From an uncultured archaeon (GTDB taxonomy: Archaea > Asgardarchaeota > Lokiarchaeia > Sigyniarchaeales > SOKP01), in assembly GCA_964486045.1 (NCBI GenBank), contig CAZALK010000003.1:224001-288000 (forward strand): a stretch of 64,000 nt of DNA. The letters are read 5' to 3'. Shown piece after piece: positions 1-11,064 of the stretch. Each line of letters opens with the position of its first letter. Position 1 is the stretch's first letter. A program made the position numbers and the translations under genes. The notes under the pieces are model-generated. The model was not told the DNA's origin. It ran no database searches and saw only the letters and a list, made by a program, of their open reading frames with translations.

Positions 1-61
1 TTTTGTTGTTGTTCTTGTTGTTTTTGTAGGACTTTGTCGATTCTTTCTCCAAATTTGGCAA

Positions 62-282
62 TATCTTACATACTAAATGTGTTACAGAAGTGATTGAGAA
101 CTATATTGTTATAATTGAACTGAGCGTAATATTTATAAGCATAATTTTACTAAAATCTTTTAGTAATAATTTTTATGGCAAAATAATAGATAAAATCCCC
201 AAAAATATTGGAATTCTAAAAAGTTTTCGAATATATTTTGAAACCAAAATGTTTATAAAAAATTGATAGAAATCTAGGTGGT
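62..282 (+). repeat. Upstream/promoter region of surface-protein gene, copy 1 (near-identical copy at 7151-7370)
   Basis: Manual alignment to 7151-7370 shows only about 10-12 differences in ~220 bp. Contains TTTATAA followed by the inverted repeat TTTTACTAAAA-TC-TTTTAGTAA, and the SD AGGTGG. Confidence 0.9.
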
Positions 283-2048
283 TGGATATAAAAAAGAGAA
301 ATCTTAAAGCAATTTTCATGGTACTGTCGTTTTTTTTTATGAATCTGAGTACCATTCCTTATATTTACGCTGCACAGGAAGAGACGGCCTCATTCTCGTG
401 GGCTGTAACTACATTCTCGACATCAATGTCAAAAGTCTGGGCTGGTGAACCAACGCTTCAAAACTTTACCGGATCATTTATAAACTTCTTCACTTACATC
501 GATCATTATATAAACCATTCTGATAACACCTATATTGAAGAAAAGCGTAGCGTTGATTATAGCGCGAATTACACCTATTTCTATAACTACACAATGGACG
601 GGAGCCTCGATACGATTATTGATATAACAGTTTATAGAGTAGATGTCGATTATGGAAGTAGCGCACAGCTAATTTGGATGGCTTTAAAGAAGGGATTTTA
701 TGAGATCGATTTGTACAGGGAAAATTTTATCTATAATTATGAATATAATGAATCCAGCCATCAAACAGTAGATAAAGAAATAAAAAAATATGATCTGGAT
801 ACATTAGAACTGCTGGATTCTTGGAATGTGACGGAAGAAATAAATAAAACAGTGAGTTTTTCATATGGACGTTCCCAACAATCAATAAATGACCGTAGAA
901 TATTTAATGAGACGTTTACCAAACCCCTTTTTCTTACATTCCAGATATATGAGACTGAAAAAGGAGATAGAATTGCATGGGCAAGTACATTTTCGGAATT
1001 CTTGGTTTTTAAGGATAAAAATGGGGACGGGATATATTCCGTTGGCGAGTTCGATTCCACGCCAACGGGACCACTGAATATGCATTCTTCTTCTGAATAT
1101 GCAGGTAGTTTTATCCCGACAGCATATGAGCAGGGACTTTTTATGGAAAGCCAAATACATAACGAGACTACTACAATTAGTTTTCCTTCCGATAAGACTG
1201 TTGATCAAGTCGTATCTGGTATTGAGTTTACTCCACCGTCTTTGGATGGAAACGATACAGTCGTGTGGGATATCAACTATCGAGGCTTTCCTCTAAAGGT
1301 CCATATTGGCACTAATGACATCCCTTTTGAGCAGCATATCAACCCTGGGTCACTATATAATGACGTTCTCCCAAGTGATTATTCTTATGGATTTGATTAT
1401 AAAATAGGAGGGGGAAAAGCAGATCTGAGTTTAACTTTAGGGCTTCCCGCTTTAACTGATATTGATACTTACAATATACTAGAGACAGAGAATTATGGAT
1501 TGTCTCTCCCACGATATGACTATTTTATCTCCTCATTCGACATTAAGGAAAAGAACCCAAGAAAAGTGACCATGCCAGCTGAAAGTTTTGTTTTTGAATC
1601 AAATAACCAGACCGTAGCTGAGATAAATCTAATCAACCCCATTAAGGAAAATTATACTTTATATGATTACCCAAATATAGGAGATAATATATCTGTTGAA
1701 TCACGAGGAGCAAGTATTAATAATCTAATTATCGCTTCTAATAGTTTACAAGTGTGGGAACCGGAGGTATTATTTTTATATACTATTGAAGATCTTGTCA
1801 GTAATATTCCGGGGTTTACCGTGGTGGACGAGTTAGCTCATATACACACAGAAAATTATCCTGTGTGGGCGGGGAAAAAATTAGTACATGATCCCACTAA
1901 TACAATTTACTTTAAGAATATAACCATGCCGTTTCGAGTGGCGGCAGCGGGAATCATCTCAGGATATGATGTTGGTGTCATTTTTGGTTCATTGAGTCTA
2001 GTGGTTTTATTTATAACCATAAAACGGAAGAAATTAAAAAAAAAGTAG
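282..2048 (+). CDS. Secreted/cell-surface glycoprotein with C-terminal sorting signal (Loki-CTERM/PGF-CTERM-like); start may be ATA at 288
   Basis: Basic+hydrophobic signal peptide, many N-x-S/T sequons, DKNGDG motif, C-terminal ISGYD-TM-KRKKLKKK. Paralog at 7376-9136. Confidence 0.8.
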   Translation: MDIKKRNLKAIFMVLSFFFMNLSTIPYIYAAQEETASFSWAVTTFSTSMSKVWAGEPTLQNFTGSFINFFTYIDHYINHSDNTYIEEKRSVDYSANYTYFYNYTMDGSLDTIIDITVYRVDVDYGSSAQLIWMALKKGFYEIDLYRENFIYNYEYNESSHQTVDKEIKKYDLDTLELLDSWNVTEEINKTVSFSYGRSQQSINDRRIFNETFTKPLFLTFQIYETEKGDRIAWASTFSEFLVFKDKNGDGIYSVGEFDSTPTGPLNMHSSSEYAGSFIPTAYEQGLFMESQIHNETTTISFPSDKTVDQVVSGIEFTPPSLDGNDTVVWDINYRGFPLKVHIGTNDIPFEQHINPGSLYNDVLPSDYSYGFDYKIGGGKADLSLTLGLPALTDIDTYNILETENYGLSLPRYDYFISSFDIKEKNPRKVTMPAESFVFESNNQTVAEINLINPIKENYTLYDYPNIGDNISVESRGASINNLIIASNSLQVWEPEVLFLYTIEDLVSNIPGFTVVDELAHIHTENYPVWAGKKLVHDPTNTIYFKNITMPFRVAAAGIISGYDVGVIFGSLSLVVLFITIKRKKLKKK

Positions 2049-2115
2049 CCTTCTTTTTTTATAAATTCTATTTTCATTTTTTTTGTAAAAAGAAAGTTAT
2101 CTCCTTGCGATCAAG

Positions 2116-2214
2116 TTAGATTTTCTCTAACTTTCTAAAAAAATTAGCTATTTGAGAATAAATTTTTTCATTTTTATCATTATTTATTTTTCTCTCTATC
2201 ATAGTTGTTTTCAT
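2116..2214 (-). pseudogene. C-terminal remnant (32 codons) of the gene whose other copy ends at 9218
   Basis: Encodes DKNEKIYSQIANFFRKLEKI*, versus DKNEKIYSQIADFFRKFEKV* at 9218-9280. Confidence 0.55.
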
Positions 2215-2280
2215 GTGTTATTTTTAGTTTTTCCTCTTATCCATCAATTAATTTAATTCAAACCTGACAATAACATTTAC

Positions 2281-2420
2281 TATATTAGTGGACCATATTA
2301 AAAAAGACTGCTAAATCAAATTTATATTATATTAAGAAAATAGTTAATCAAAAAAAAGATTTGTAATTCAAGACAATAAGTTTTTCAAATATAGACTTAT
2401 TTATTATAATTTCACACCTT
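2281..2420. repeat. Direct repeat copy 1 (copy 2 at 4768-4890)
   Basis: tatattagtggaccatattaaaaaagactgcta...tattatattaagaaaatagttaatcaaaaaaaagatttg is shared, with a ~11-bp indel. Confidence 0.85.
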
Positions 2421-2724
2421 AGCTTTATTTTCAAAAGTTGAAATTAAATACAAATTTTAGACAGAAATATACTGTAATTTGAGTCTGTTCTAACTCGTAT
2501 CATATTTATCAATAATATTTTGAATTTTAGGACCTGAATTTCCTCAATATCAAACTTTTTAAGTCATTTCTGTAACGGTCCAAATGTAGTACCAACTTTA
2601 CCAATAGCAATTTGCTCTGTTTCTGCTGTCCGTAGTAGTGAATCGCTCCAAAATACACCTGTTATTTCGAATTCAAAATTTTCTAAAATGGCATGTTCGA
2701 TTGCTTTGTAATCGTATATATTCT

Positions 2725-3372
2725 TTATTTTAACATTTTTTTCTTTACAATATAAAGAATAGTTACGCCTGCAATAGCAGTTAATCCTATCAATATTGGA
2801 AGATCATATCCTGGAATTGATGAAGATGAAGCCGACCTACTTAGAACATGCACCGTAGTATTACCTGTTTCAGCCTCCCATTTAAACAGAACCCCATTAG
2901 CGTCATATGTTGAAGTATAGTGGAATGATTGAAAAATTTCGAACAACTTCATTCCAGAACTTGAGAAACCAGAGTTAGCTTCAGCAAATGCAGCGAGATA
3001 ATCACTAACGGGGGTAAGTACAAAGTAAAAAGGATCTGGCATATAGCCACTAGAAGGATCTCTATAAAGATTCGTCCAATACGAATCATCTGCGGTAGAA
3101 TTGAATGATTCACCTTCAGATATCCAATCCCAACTGTCATATTTTACCTCAAAATAATCTGATTCCCCCGTAATATCTGTAATATTAATTTTATGTTTAT
3201 CACCGAGACTAGATCCCATAAGCGACATTATATTCAATGTAACTGTATAAACAAACTCATCTCCCTCTTTTACTTTACAGGTATAAATTGTTTGTCCGAG
3301 TACATTTGTTAATATTGCTGAAAGTGATAGACTAAATAGAATCACAAAAATTAATTTTTCTTTTTTTTCCAT
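2725..3372 (-). CDS. Secreted protein with IPGYD-TM-KKK C-terminal sorting signal
   Basis: Signal peptide, Ser-rich linker, IPGYDLPILIG...VKKKMLK. Confidence 0.8.
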   Translation of the reverse strand: MEKKEKLIFVILFSLSLSAILTNVLGQTIYTCKVKEGDEFVYTVTLNIMSLMGSSLGDKHKINITDITGESDYFEVKYDSWDWISEGESFNSTADDSYWTNLYRDPSSGYMPDPFYFVLTPVSDYLAAFAEANSGFSSSGMKLFEIFQSFHYTSTYDANGVLFKWEAETGNTTVHVLSRSASSSSIPGYDLPILIGLTAIAGVTILYIVKKKMLK

Positions 3373-3586
3373 TTTAGATTTTCAACCTTATCTTTTTTTA
3401 ATAATTACATTATATATAGATTAATTATAAATAGCCACTTCTTTTAATCACGGTTCGACTTTTTTAACTACAATTTAAAATTTGTTTGAAATATTTTGAG
3501 TCTTGAAATTTAACAAAAAGTTCTTATTGAGTGATTTCTCAAGCGAATTTCTATATCTTATTTTTAATCTCTTTTTGACTCATTTA

Positions 3587-4693
3587 TTAGAGGTTTTTCA
3601 TAAATTGCACTTTTCGGGCAATTTTTGAACGTGAGAATTGAGTTATTAATTCAATCATTTTGTTCTTTTTTGATTCATCCAATTTTGATGCACGTATTAC
3701 TCCATCATTGATAGCTTTTGAAAAAATCTTTTCTCCTTTATCAGTTCGAGTAAGAACAGTAGTATATTTATCTGGAGAACTTAATCCCCCAAAAGAAATA
3801 TCAGCATATATGTTAGTGAAATCATCGCACGCTCGACATGCCGGCCTCATATAATTCTCTAATTGATTAAAAGGTATGTGAACTACTTTTTCCCCTGTCC
3901 CGTTATCTTTTAACCTAAAAATTAAATCTTCTTTTATATTTAATTTTTCAATATTTTCAAATGAAATATTAAAATCTGCTTCAAACTTTTCTATTTGCTT
4001 TTTATCAAACAGAAAATTCTCAAAACAAAATAAACCTAAGGAAATTTCGATGTGTTCTGAAGGGGTAACCGCTAAATCCTGCATACACCGAATAGTGTAT
4101 ATTTGGCAAGGTGTTCCCACCACAGCTAATTTCTTAAATTTATAATGATTTAATTTCTGAATTGAATTTGTATAGGTGGAATACCTTTGAATCTCATCTA
4201 AATGAGGAGACACATCAAGTTTGGCTCCAGAAGTTTTAATTAAATCATATTTACTATCTGCAAAATTAGCTTCTCTTGAAAATGGGGCATTAGTTTGTGC
4301 TACAATAGCACCGTCGATTAATTTCTTTTCTATCATATAATTAATTAATGAGTTTACAACCCCCCCATCGGTTCCATACTTTAGAAATTCTTCATCAGTG
4401 GCTTGACAAGAATAAATGCCTTTAAAATTTCCAAGCGGCATAGAATCATAGTTTTCAAACCCATATGTCTTATTAAGCTCATTATCTAAAATTTTTGTTT
4501 GGGGGCATATATAATAACAAATACTACATTCTTGGCACTGATCTTTATGGACATAAACGGGAGGAGAATATTGGTCTCTAAAAGCGATCACATTTTCAAA
4601 GTTTGCAGAGCAGAATGATGTACATCCGCCACACATTTGACAGATACCTTTCTCATGAACTTCTTTGATTAAATCTTTAAAAGACCGTACCAA
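3587..4693 (-). CDS. Coenzyme F420 hydrogenase/dehydrogenase beta subunit family protein (FrhB/FdhB-like) with N-terminal 2x[4Fe-4S]
   Basis: CQMCGGCTSFC and CQECSICYYICP, DGGVV, VGTPCQ, GLFCFENF, CRACDDFT-ADISFG motifs. Confidence 0.9.
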   Translation of the reverse strand: MVRSFKDLIKEVHEKGICQMCGGCTSFCSANFENVIAFRDQYSPPVYVHKDQCQECSICYYICPQTKILDNELNKTYGFENYDSMPLGNFKGIYSCQATDEEFLKYGTDGGVVNSLINYMIEKKLIDGAIVAQTNAPFSREANFADSKYDLIKTSGAKLDVSPHLDEIQRYSTYTNSIQKLNHYKFKKLAVVGTPCQIYTIRCMQDLAVTPSEHIEISLGLFCFENFLFDKKQIEKFEADFNISFENIEKLNIKEDLIFRLKDNGTGEKVVHIPFNQLENYMRPACRACDDFTNIYADISFGGLSSPDKYTTVLTRTDKGEKIFSKAINDGVIRASKLDESKKNKMIELITQFSRSKIARKVQFMKNL

Positions 4694-4767
4694 CTCTCAA
4701 TCACAATTGCTATATTATATTGATATTTAATTTAATAGATATTTAAAATATAAATTCACTGATTTAT

Positions 4768-4890
4768 TATATTAGTGGACCATATTAAAAAAGACTGCTA
4801 TATTATATTAAGAAAATAGTTAATCAAAAAAAAGATTTGCAATTTAAGATATTAAGAGTCTTAAAACAAACTTATTTGTCTTGATTTCAA
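4768..4890. repeat. Direct repeat copy 2 (of 2281-2420), upstream of frhB-like gene
   Basis: Direct sequence match by eye. Confidence 0.85.
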
Positions 4891-5506
4891 AGTTTTAGCA
4901 GAATTTATTAGATTAGGTTTTAAATTTTTGTAAGTTCACAGGACAGTGTACTTATTCTGAAATAAAAACATCTTGAATTAAAATATTTCGAAACATATCC
5001 TAAAAAGGCTAAAGCAATAAGTAGATCTAGAGAAATAGATGAACTTTCTAAGCAAGAGAAAGAAGAAATAATCAAATCTATAGGAATTGATATTTAAATT
5101 TACTTTTTAAGCTGATATATTAATTAGATGAAAAATAAGCAAGAGCAGGAATATTTATAATAAAAGCAGAAGTGTTTGAGGAAGCTGGGGAAAATATAGC
5201 AAAAATAAAAGAAATCCAATCTAAAAAGGATAATAACTAACTTACTATTTTTTTATTCTCTTATTTTTTAGATCGATATCTACAATAAATAAATCATTTT
5301 AGTTCAATTTTGACAACAAAATTTATTCCACCAGTACAACTATTCTTTAAATCTCTAACTATTGGTTTTAGTGAGGGGTTACTAGAATTCTGTATCACTG
5401 GCAAAAGTGATGAAAATCACAGATTTACACCAGTCCCTACATATAAATAACAAGATCGTCATTTTTGACCTAAATCAAAATTCAAGATCCAAATTTTTCT
5501 TTATAT

Positions 5507-6410
5507 ATGTTTGAATATACACTCTCTGAAAAAGCAAATTTTGGAGTGTTCTCATTCGAAATTTGGATTTTGAGAATTAATATTCGAAAGGTAAAAATCG
5601 TGTCTGAAAAAATAAATCTTGGAGTTAAAGTTCGTGGTTTCGAAGATCGTATGGTAACCGAGAATATCCCTCTCAAGTATTTTAAAAATAACTTTCTCAT
5701 CTCTGGGGGTGTTCGTAATGAAAGAACAGCATTATTGTCTCATGTTCTGAATCAATTTTACGCAGAATTTCCTGATATTGGTGTTCTTTTAATCCAATTA
5801 GGCTCAAATGAAGATACTTACCTCTACCATCTTGATAAGGTGTATGAATATGGCGATACTGAATTAGTTATTCCCTATTCTACAGGTCAACAGTTCAATG
5901 AGGTAATTAGGGAACGGTTTATGCGGTATTTGACTGCAATCTTTGGGTTTCATTATGAAATGAAGTTTGTAATCGCAAACCTGTCTCGACATTATAAAAG
6001 TGGAGGATTACCCAGCTCAATCGTGGATTTCTTAGAAGACTTGAAGGAGTACCTCATAAAAAATCATTATAGTGAAGATTTTACAAAGAGTAATGTAGCG
6101 AGTATTGAAAAAACAATTGAAATCTTTGAGGAAGATCCGGTTTTAGAAAGTACGGTCTCGATACCTCTAGAAGTCATTCCGGAATGGTTAAGTTTATGGG
6201 GTAAAGGGGAAAAGGTATGCATCGATTTAACCAACTGTAGCATCTATCATCAAAAGCTATTAGTTACCCTGATTACCCAAGCCATTAATATTTATATAGA
6301 TATCAATGATTCACATATTCCTACCGGGGATTGTAGTTATAGAGGACGCCGATAATGTTCTGGAGAAACCACCTCATGATGAGTATAGAAAGAATTATGA
6401 AGCCAATAAA
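5507..6410 (+). pseudogene. Degenerate HerA/DUF87-like P-loop ATPase, frameshifted near 6325 and truncated
   Basis: FLISGG (eroded Walker A), KVCIDL, and GIVVIEDAD (Walker-B-like) continuing in another frame; abruptly joins unrelated sequence. Confidence 0.5.
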
Positions 6411-6740
6411 GAACAAACTGTATTAAGTTTCCTTGTTGACAACAATATTCCTCGAAGAGATTATATAGAAGCTGGAAGAATTATGCATTTATGTCCTAGT
6501 AAGAGTATCAAATTTAAGAAATATCCGCTATTAACATATGAAAATGTATATAATTGGTATTGGGAAGAAAAACCTCCATGGTCCACGACAGATATTGCAG
6601 AGAAAATAGGGTGTAGTCAAGCTAATGTCTCGAAATTTATGAGAGAAAATATCATTCCTCGAAGAAACAATAAAGATGCTGCGTTAAATATTTTTGAATG
6701 TCCTTCTAAGAAAAAACATTATAAGTTATCCAATGAATAA
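6411..6740 (+). pseudogene. Fragment of an HTH-repeat DNA-binding protein fused to the ATPase remnant
   Basis: Repeated NNIPRR/NIIPRR motif and the HTH STTDIAEKIGCSQANVSKFM. Confidence 0.45.
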
Positions 6741-6755
6741 AAGCAAAAGATATCA

Positions 6756-7046
6756 TTGAATATGAAAGATCAGATAAGTAATACACAAAGAATAATTTTA
6801 CAAGAATTGGGAAAAAATAAAAGTATGTTCATAGACGAACTAATAGAACATCCTAATTTCAAAGACTTAAGAAAAACGAGAGCATTAAGGGGCTCAATGT
6901 ATTGTATATTTAAAAGAAATTTAGTAAAGAGAATATTAGATTATAATCCAAAAAGTAGACCAAACTATCATAACCAATACAAGTATATGATAACAGCAAA
7001 AGGTGAAGAAATTTTATCTAAATCATTGAAAAAAATAAGCTCTTAA
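6756..7046 (+). CDS. Small winged-HTH protein (possibly the C-terminal part of the preceding broken gene)
   Basis: ISNTQRIILQEL...LVKR...YMITAKGEEIL, a MarR/PadR-like wHTH pattern. Confidence 0.5.
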   Translation: MNMKDQISNTQRIILQELGKNKSMFIDELIEHPNFKDLRKTRALRGSMYCIFKRNLVKRILDYNPKSRPNYHNQYKYMITAKGEEILSKSLKKISS

Positions 7047-7150
7047 TAACCTCTCCTTAAATTTTCAATTATTCACACATTTAATCTTTTTTGATTATAT
7101 AAATGATATGTCCATGTTGTTTAATATAAATATTATACTAATATATGCAT

Positions 7151-7370
7151 TATCTTACACATTAAATGTGTTACAGAAGTGATTGAGAACTATATTATTA
7201 TAATTGAACTAAGCGTAATATTTATAAGCATAATTTTACTAAAATCTTTTAGTAAAAATTTTTATGGCAAAATAATAGATAAAATCCCCAAAAATATTAG
7301 AATTCTAAAAAGTTTTCAAATATATTTTGAAACCAAAAGGTTGTAAAAAATTGATAAAAATCTAGGTGGT
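7151..7370 (+). repeat. Upstream/promoter region copy 2
   Basis: Near-identical to 62-282; perfect TTTTACTAAAA-TC-TTTTAGTAAAA palindrome. Confidence 0.9.
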
Positions 7371-7375
7371 AAAAT

Positions 7376-9136
7376 ATAAAAAAATATTATAAAACATCCC
7401 TTATTGTTTCGCTTCTTTTTATCTTAAACATAAGTGCTATCCCTTATATTAATGCTGCAAACGAAGAGTCTGCCTCGTTTTCGTGGGCTGAGACTACCTT
7501 CTCTACATCGCTGTCGAAAGTATGGAGTGGAGATCCAATATTCCAGAACTTTACAGGTTCATATTCAGACGTCTTTATAATTGAGGATCACTATATCAAT
7601 CATACTGACAACACATATATAGAGGAAAGGCGTATTATAGATTATAACGCGAATTATTCATATTATTATAACTATAGTCTAAAAGGAAACTTTGATTTAG
7701 ATATTGATATTACAGTTTATAGAGTAAATGTAGACTATGGGAGTAGCGCACAGTTAATTTGGATGGCTCTAAAAAAGGGGTTTTATGAATTAGATTTATA
7801 TAGAGAGACATTTGGATTCTATCAAGAGTATAATGAAACCAATCATCAAATAATTGATAAGGAGAAGAAAAAATATAATCTAGATACATTTGAGTTATTA
7901 GATGTGTGGAATGAGACTGAAATTGTCAATGAAGCAATGAACTTTTCATATGGTCAACCAGTTGAGGTAGTAGACGATCACCAAATCCTTAATGAGACAT
8001 TTACTAAACCATTCTTTCTTACTTTCCAAACTTATGAAACAGAAAAGAATGATAAAGTTGCATGGGCTAGTATTTTCTCAGAATTCTTAGTTTTCATAGA
8101 TAAGGACGGAGATGGAATATATTCAGTCGGTGATTTTGAAAGTCCTCCAATGTCTCAACTTAGTATTTATTCCTCGTCCGAATATGCCGGTAATTTTATA
8201 CCAGAAGTATTTGAGTATGGAGAATTTAGAGAGGGTTCAATCTTTAACATTACCAATACTGGTAGCTTTCCCTTCGATAAAACTGTCGATGAGATCGCGG
8301 CTGGCATTGTATTCACTCCACCTACGTTAGTGGGAAACGACACAGTTGTATGGGATATTAGCTATCGAGATTTTCCTATAAATGCCTTTATCGGTGAAAA
8401 AAGCATCCCATTTGCGCAAATGATTCGCCCTGGAGCAGATCCCTTGTATGCCGACCTTTCCCCAAGTGATTTCAACTATGGGTTCGACTATAAAATAGGG
8501 GGCGGGAAGGCAGATCTGAGCCTTACTTTAGGGCTTCCCGCACTAAGCGACCTCGACACTTATAATATCTTAGAACGACAAAATTACGGATTATCGATTC
8601 CACGGTATGACTATTTTCTCTCTTCATTTGAAATTAATGAAAGAAATCCAAAAGAAATTACTTTCCCATCAAATGGTTTTGTTTTTGAATCAAATAACCA
8701 GACAGTCGCTGAGATAAACTTGATTAATCCTATTAAGAAAAACTATACGTTATATGATTATCCAAATGTGGGAAACATTACATCAGTTGAATCCCAAGGA
8801 GCAAGTATTAATAATCTAGTAATGTCTCAAAGTAACCTACAGACTGGAGTTCCTGAAATTAACTTTCTTTATGCAATTGAGGAGATCGCTAATAATATCC
8901 CAGGATTTACCGTCGTAGATGATCTTTATCATGTGCATACAGAAAATTACCCTGTATGGGCAGGAAAGAAATTGATTCATGACCCAACAAATACGATTTT
9001 CTTTAAGAATATAACCATGCCGTTCAGAGCACCCTCAGCCAGCATCCCCGGATTTGAGACAGGTATCTTTTTTGGTTCATTAGGCTTAGTAGTTCTAGTC
9101 ATAACCTTGAAACTAAAGAAATCTAAGAAGAAATAA
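7376..9136 (+). CDS. Surface glycoprotein paralog of 282-2048; N-terminus extends 129 codons upstream of the track ORF; probable ATA start
   Basis: Frame is open from 7373 (after TAA) to 9136. Encodes the signal peptide IKKYYKTSLIVSLLFILNISAIPYINA and aligns with paralog 1 throughout; IPGFE-TM-KK tail. Confidence 0.8.
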   Translation: MKKYYKTSLIVSLLFILNISAIPYINAANEESASFSWAETTFSTSLSKVWSGDPIFQNFTGSYSDVFIIEDHYINHTDNTYIEERRIIDYNANYSYYYNYSLKGNFDLDIDITVYRVNVDYGSSAQLIWMALKKGFYELDLYRETFGFYQEYNETNHQIIDKEKKKYNLDTFELLDVWNETEIVNEAMNFSYGQPVEVVDDHQILNETFTKPFFLTFQTYETEKNDKVAWASIFSEFLVFIDKDGDGIYSVGDFESPPMSQLSIYSSSEYAGNFIPEVFEYGEFREGSIFNITNTGSFPFDKTVDEIAAGIVFTPPTLVGNDTVVWDISYRDFPINAFIGEKSIPFAQMIRPGADPLYADLSPSDFNYGFDYKIGGGKADLSLTLGLPALSDLDTYNILERQNYGLSIPRYDYFLSSFEINERNPKEITFPSNGFVFESNNQTVAEINLINPIKKNYTLYDYPNVGNITSVESQGASINNLVMSQSNLQTGVPEINFLYAIEEIANNIPGFTVVDDLYHVHTENYPVWAGKKLIHDPTNTIFFKNITMPFRAPSASIPGFETGIFFGSLGLVVLVITLKLKKSKKK

Positions 9137-9217
9137 TTGGTCTTAAATTTTATTTTTTTTCTAATTTTGTTTTTAAACCCGTCATGTACGGATCTATTTT
9201 TTCCCATCGATTTAGAG

Positions 9218-10080
9218 TTAAACTTTCTCGAACTTCCTAAAAAAGTCGGCTATTTGAGAATAAATCTTCTCATTTTTATCGTCGTTTAATTGTGTTAAAT
9301 AATCTATCAAATTATCTTTAACATTCAGAGCTTTTAATAATAAGGAGAGAAAACTGGTGAGTTCTTTATTGGTTTTTTCAGTAAAAGAATAGTGATATTT
9401 CCTTCCACCTAAAGTTCCTGCTTTGGATATCTTTTCTCAATTACATGATCCAAGGTGTCTACAGTATTTATGTTTCCAATCGGAATATCAATTATTAAAT
9501 GTTTGCAGATTATATACAGTTTCTTCGCAATATAGATCATTGTCTCCCCTCTCCTCAATTTAACAACAATATATTCGTTTATCCTAAATGAAGCTCTTCT
9601 TACTCCTGAGAACAAGGATGGCATGGAAATAATTCCTCCAACAAATATAATTACCGTTCCAGGTCCCTGTTCGAACCCTTCTACAAAGAATATTAGGATA
9701 TAGATATAGCCGGCTAATCCTCCAAGCAAGAGGAGCGGACTGTTAGTTATCCATTTTAAATTGTTCCGTTTTTTGTTTTTTAGATCATATGAGAATATAA
9801 TAAGAAACACACAACACACGCAAATCAAAAGAGTGCTTACAATACCTAGGCTCACTATAAAAAGAAATAAAAAAATAAAGGTATGTCCATGCAGTATTTC
9901 CAGATATTCCACAATATTTGGTTTCACTTCACCAACCCCCAACATCCAGAAGTCTAACTTCCCATATAAACTTCCGGAGGGGAAACATAAACCCAATAAT
10001 GCCACCGCAGCCCCTAGTGCTGGAAAAATAAATTTGTATTTTATAGGTGTGAGATTTGTGTCTACTATCGAGCTCATCAA
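9218..10080 (-). CDS. Membrane protein with a partial Lokiarchaeal 'FRINEYI' domain; probable 1-nt frameshift near 9430
   Basis: 4 TM segments, then FRINEYIVVKL (compare YRINDFITLKL in 44090). An alternative frame 9436-9218 is open and its end is conserved at 2116. Confidence 0.55.
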
Positions 10081-10260
10081 TATAAGTATTGTTTTTCATA
10101 TATTTAAGCTTTCAGATGGTGTATATCCCTTAATTGGATTTATCATTTGTAAGGAATAAATTTCAGCTCGTTGAAAAACACTGAATTTTGCACTTTCACA
10201 TAATTTTTCTTTTATATATGATTGTAAACAAAACAAAAATGATAGAGGTGATTTTTGGGA

Positions 10261-10903
10261 TTAGTCTTCCTTCATTTCCTTTGAGTCATCTTTGATAATA
10301 CTGCCCGGAATCCAAAATTTACCAGGCTTGAAAGTTCTCAATCTTTGTTTTCTAAATTCATCAGGAATCGTCATCCTTTTCATAACTTCTGAACTCAGGA
10401 TTCGAGCTCGATCAATTGGTTTTATCCACCTCATTGATTTCTCGAGTTTTGCAAACCTCTTCTGAAGTGGCTTTAGATTTTGGGCATTGATATAATCAAG
10501 AAATTGAACTAATTTACTTTCAAACCGTTTTACTAGTCCAGACTTGGTCTTTATGACAATTTTAGGATCCATTTTCTTGTGTATCATAGGGTAGACCAAA
10601 TCTCTCACGCTCCTTAACACCTCATAGACTTTACCCCTGATAATTGGTTCTTCAGCAAATTCCATCCAGAATCGGGGATCACCAAAAGACTCACAGAAGT
10701 CTATTCCATAAGGTAGTATCTCTATAAATTCACATATATCTTTCCAGATGAAAGTAAATGTAAATTCCTTGAAAAAGGAGAAATTACCAAAAAATCTAGG
10801 TACAATGGCAATGTTATCGGAGCATTCTGGAATATTTTGCAGAAAGCTCTGTCCGTACAATCCCTGTGTAAATATACTCTGACTTGGTGTTAACCATAGA
10901 CAT
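10261..10903 (-). CDS. Hypothetical basic protein (MGE-like); track ORF 10261-10860, possibly frameshifted from an SD-preceded ATG at 10903
   Basis: 199-codon ORF; an overlapping upstream frame MSMVNTKSEYIYTG has an AGGT SD. Confidence 0.5.
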
Positions 10904-11064
10904 TGAACCTTTTCTCGTTTTAGTTTTTAATTTAGATTATCCTCTCCATGGTTTTTTCCATAGCGTTTTAGGATCTAACCCGTTTTTAAGCTGATTTTAG
11001 AGCCGAATATTATATTTTCGCTGAAATATTAAAAAAAGTAATAAAAGGTTATATTCGCATTAGG

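Noticed and set aside
3445-3465. GGTTCGA T-loop-like motif suggesting a tRNA
   Set aside because: No cloverleaf stems in the flanking AT-rich sequence.
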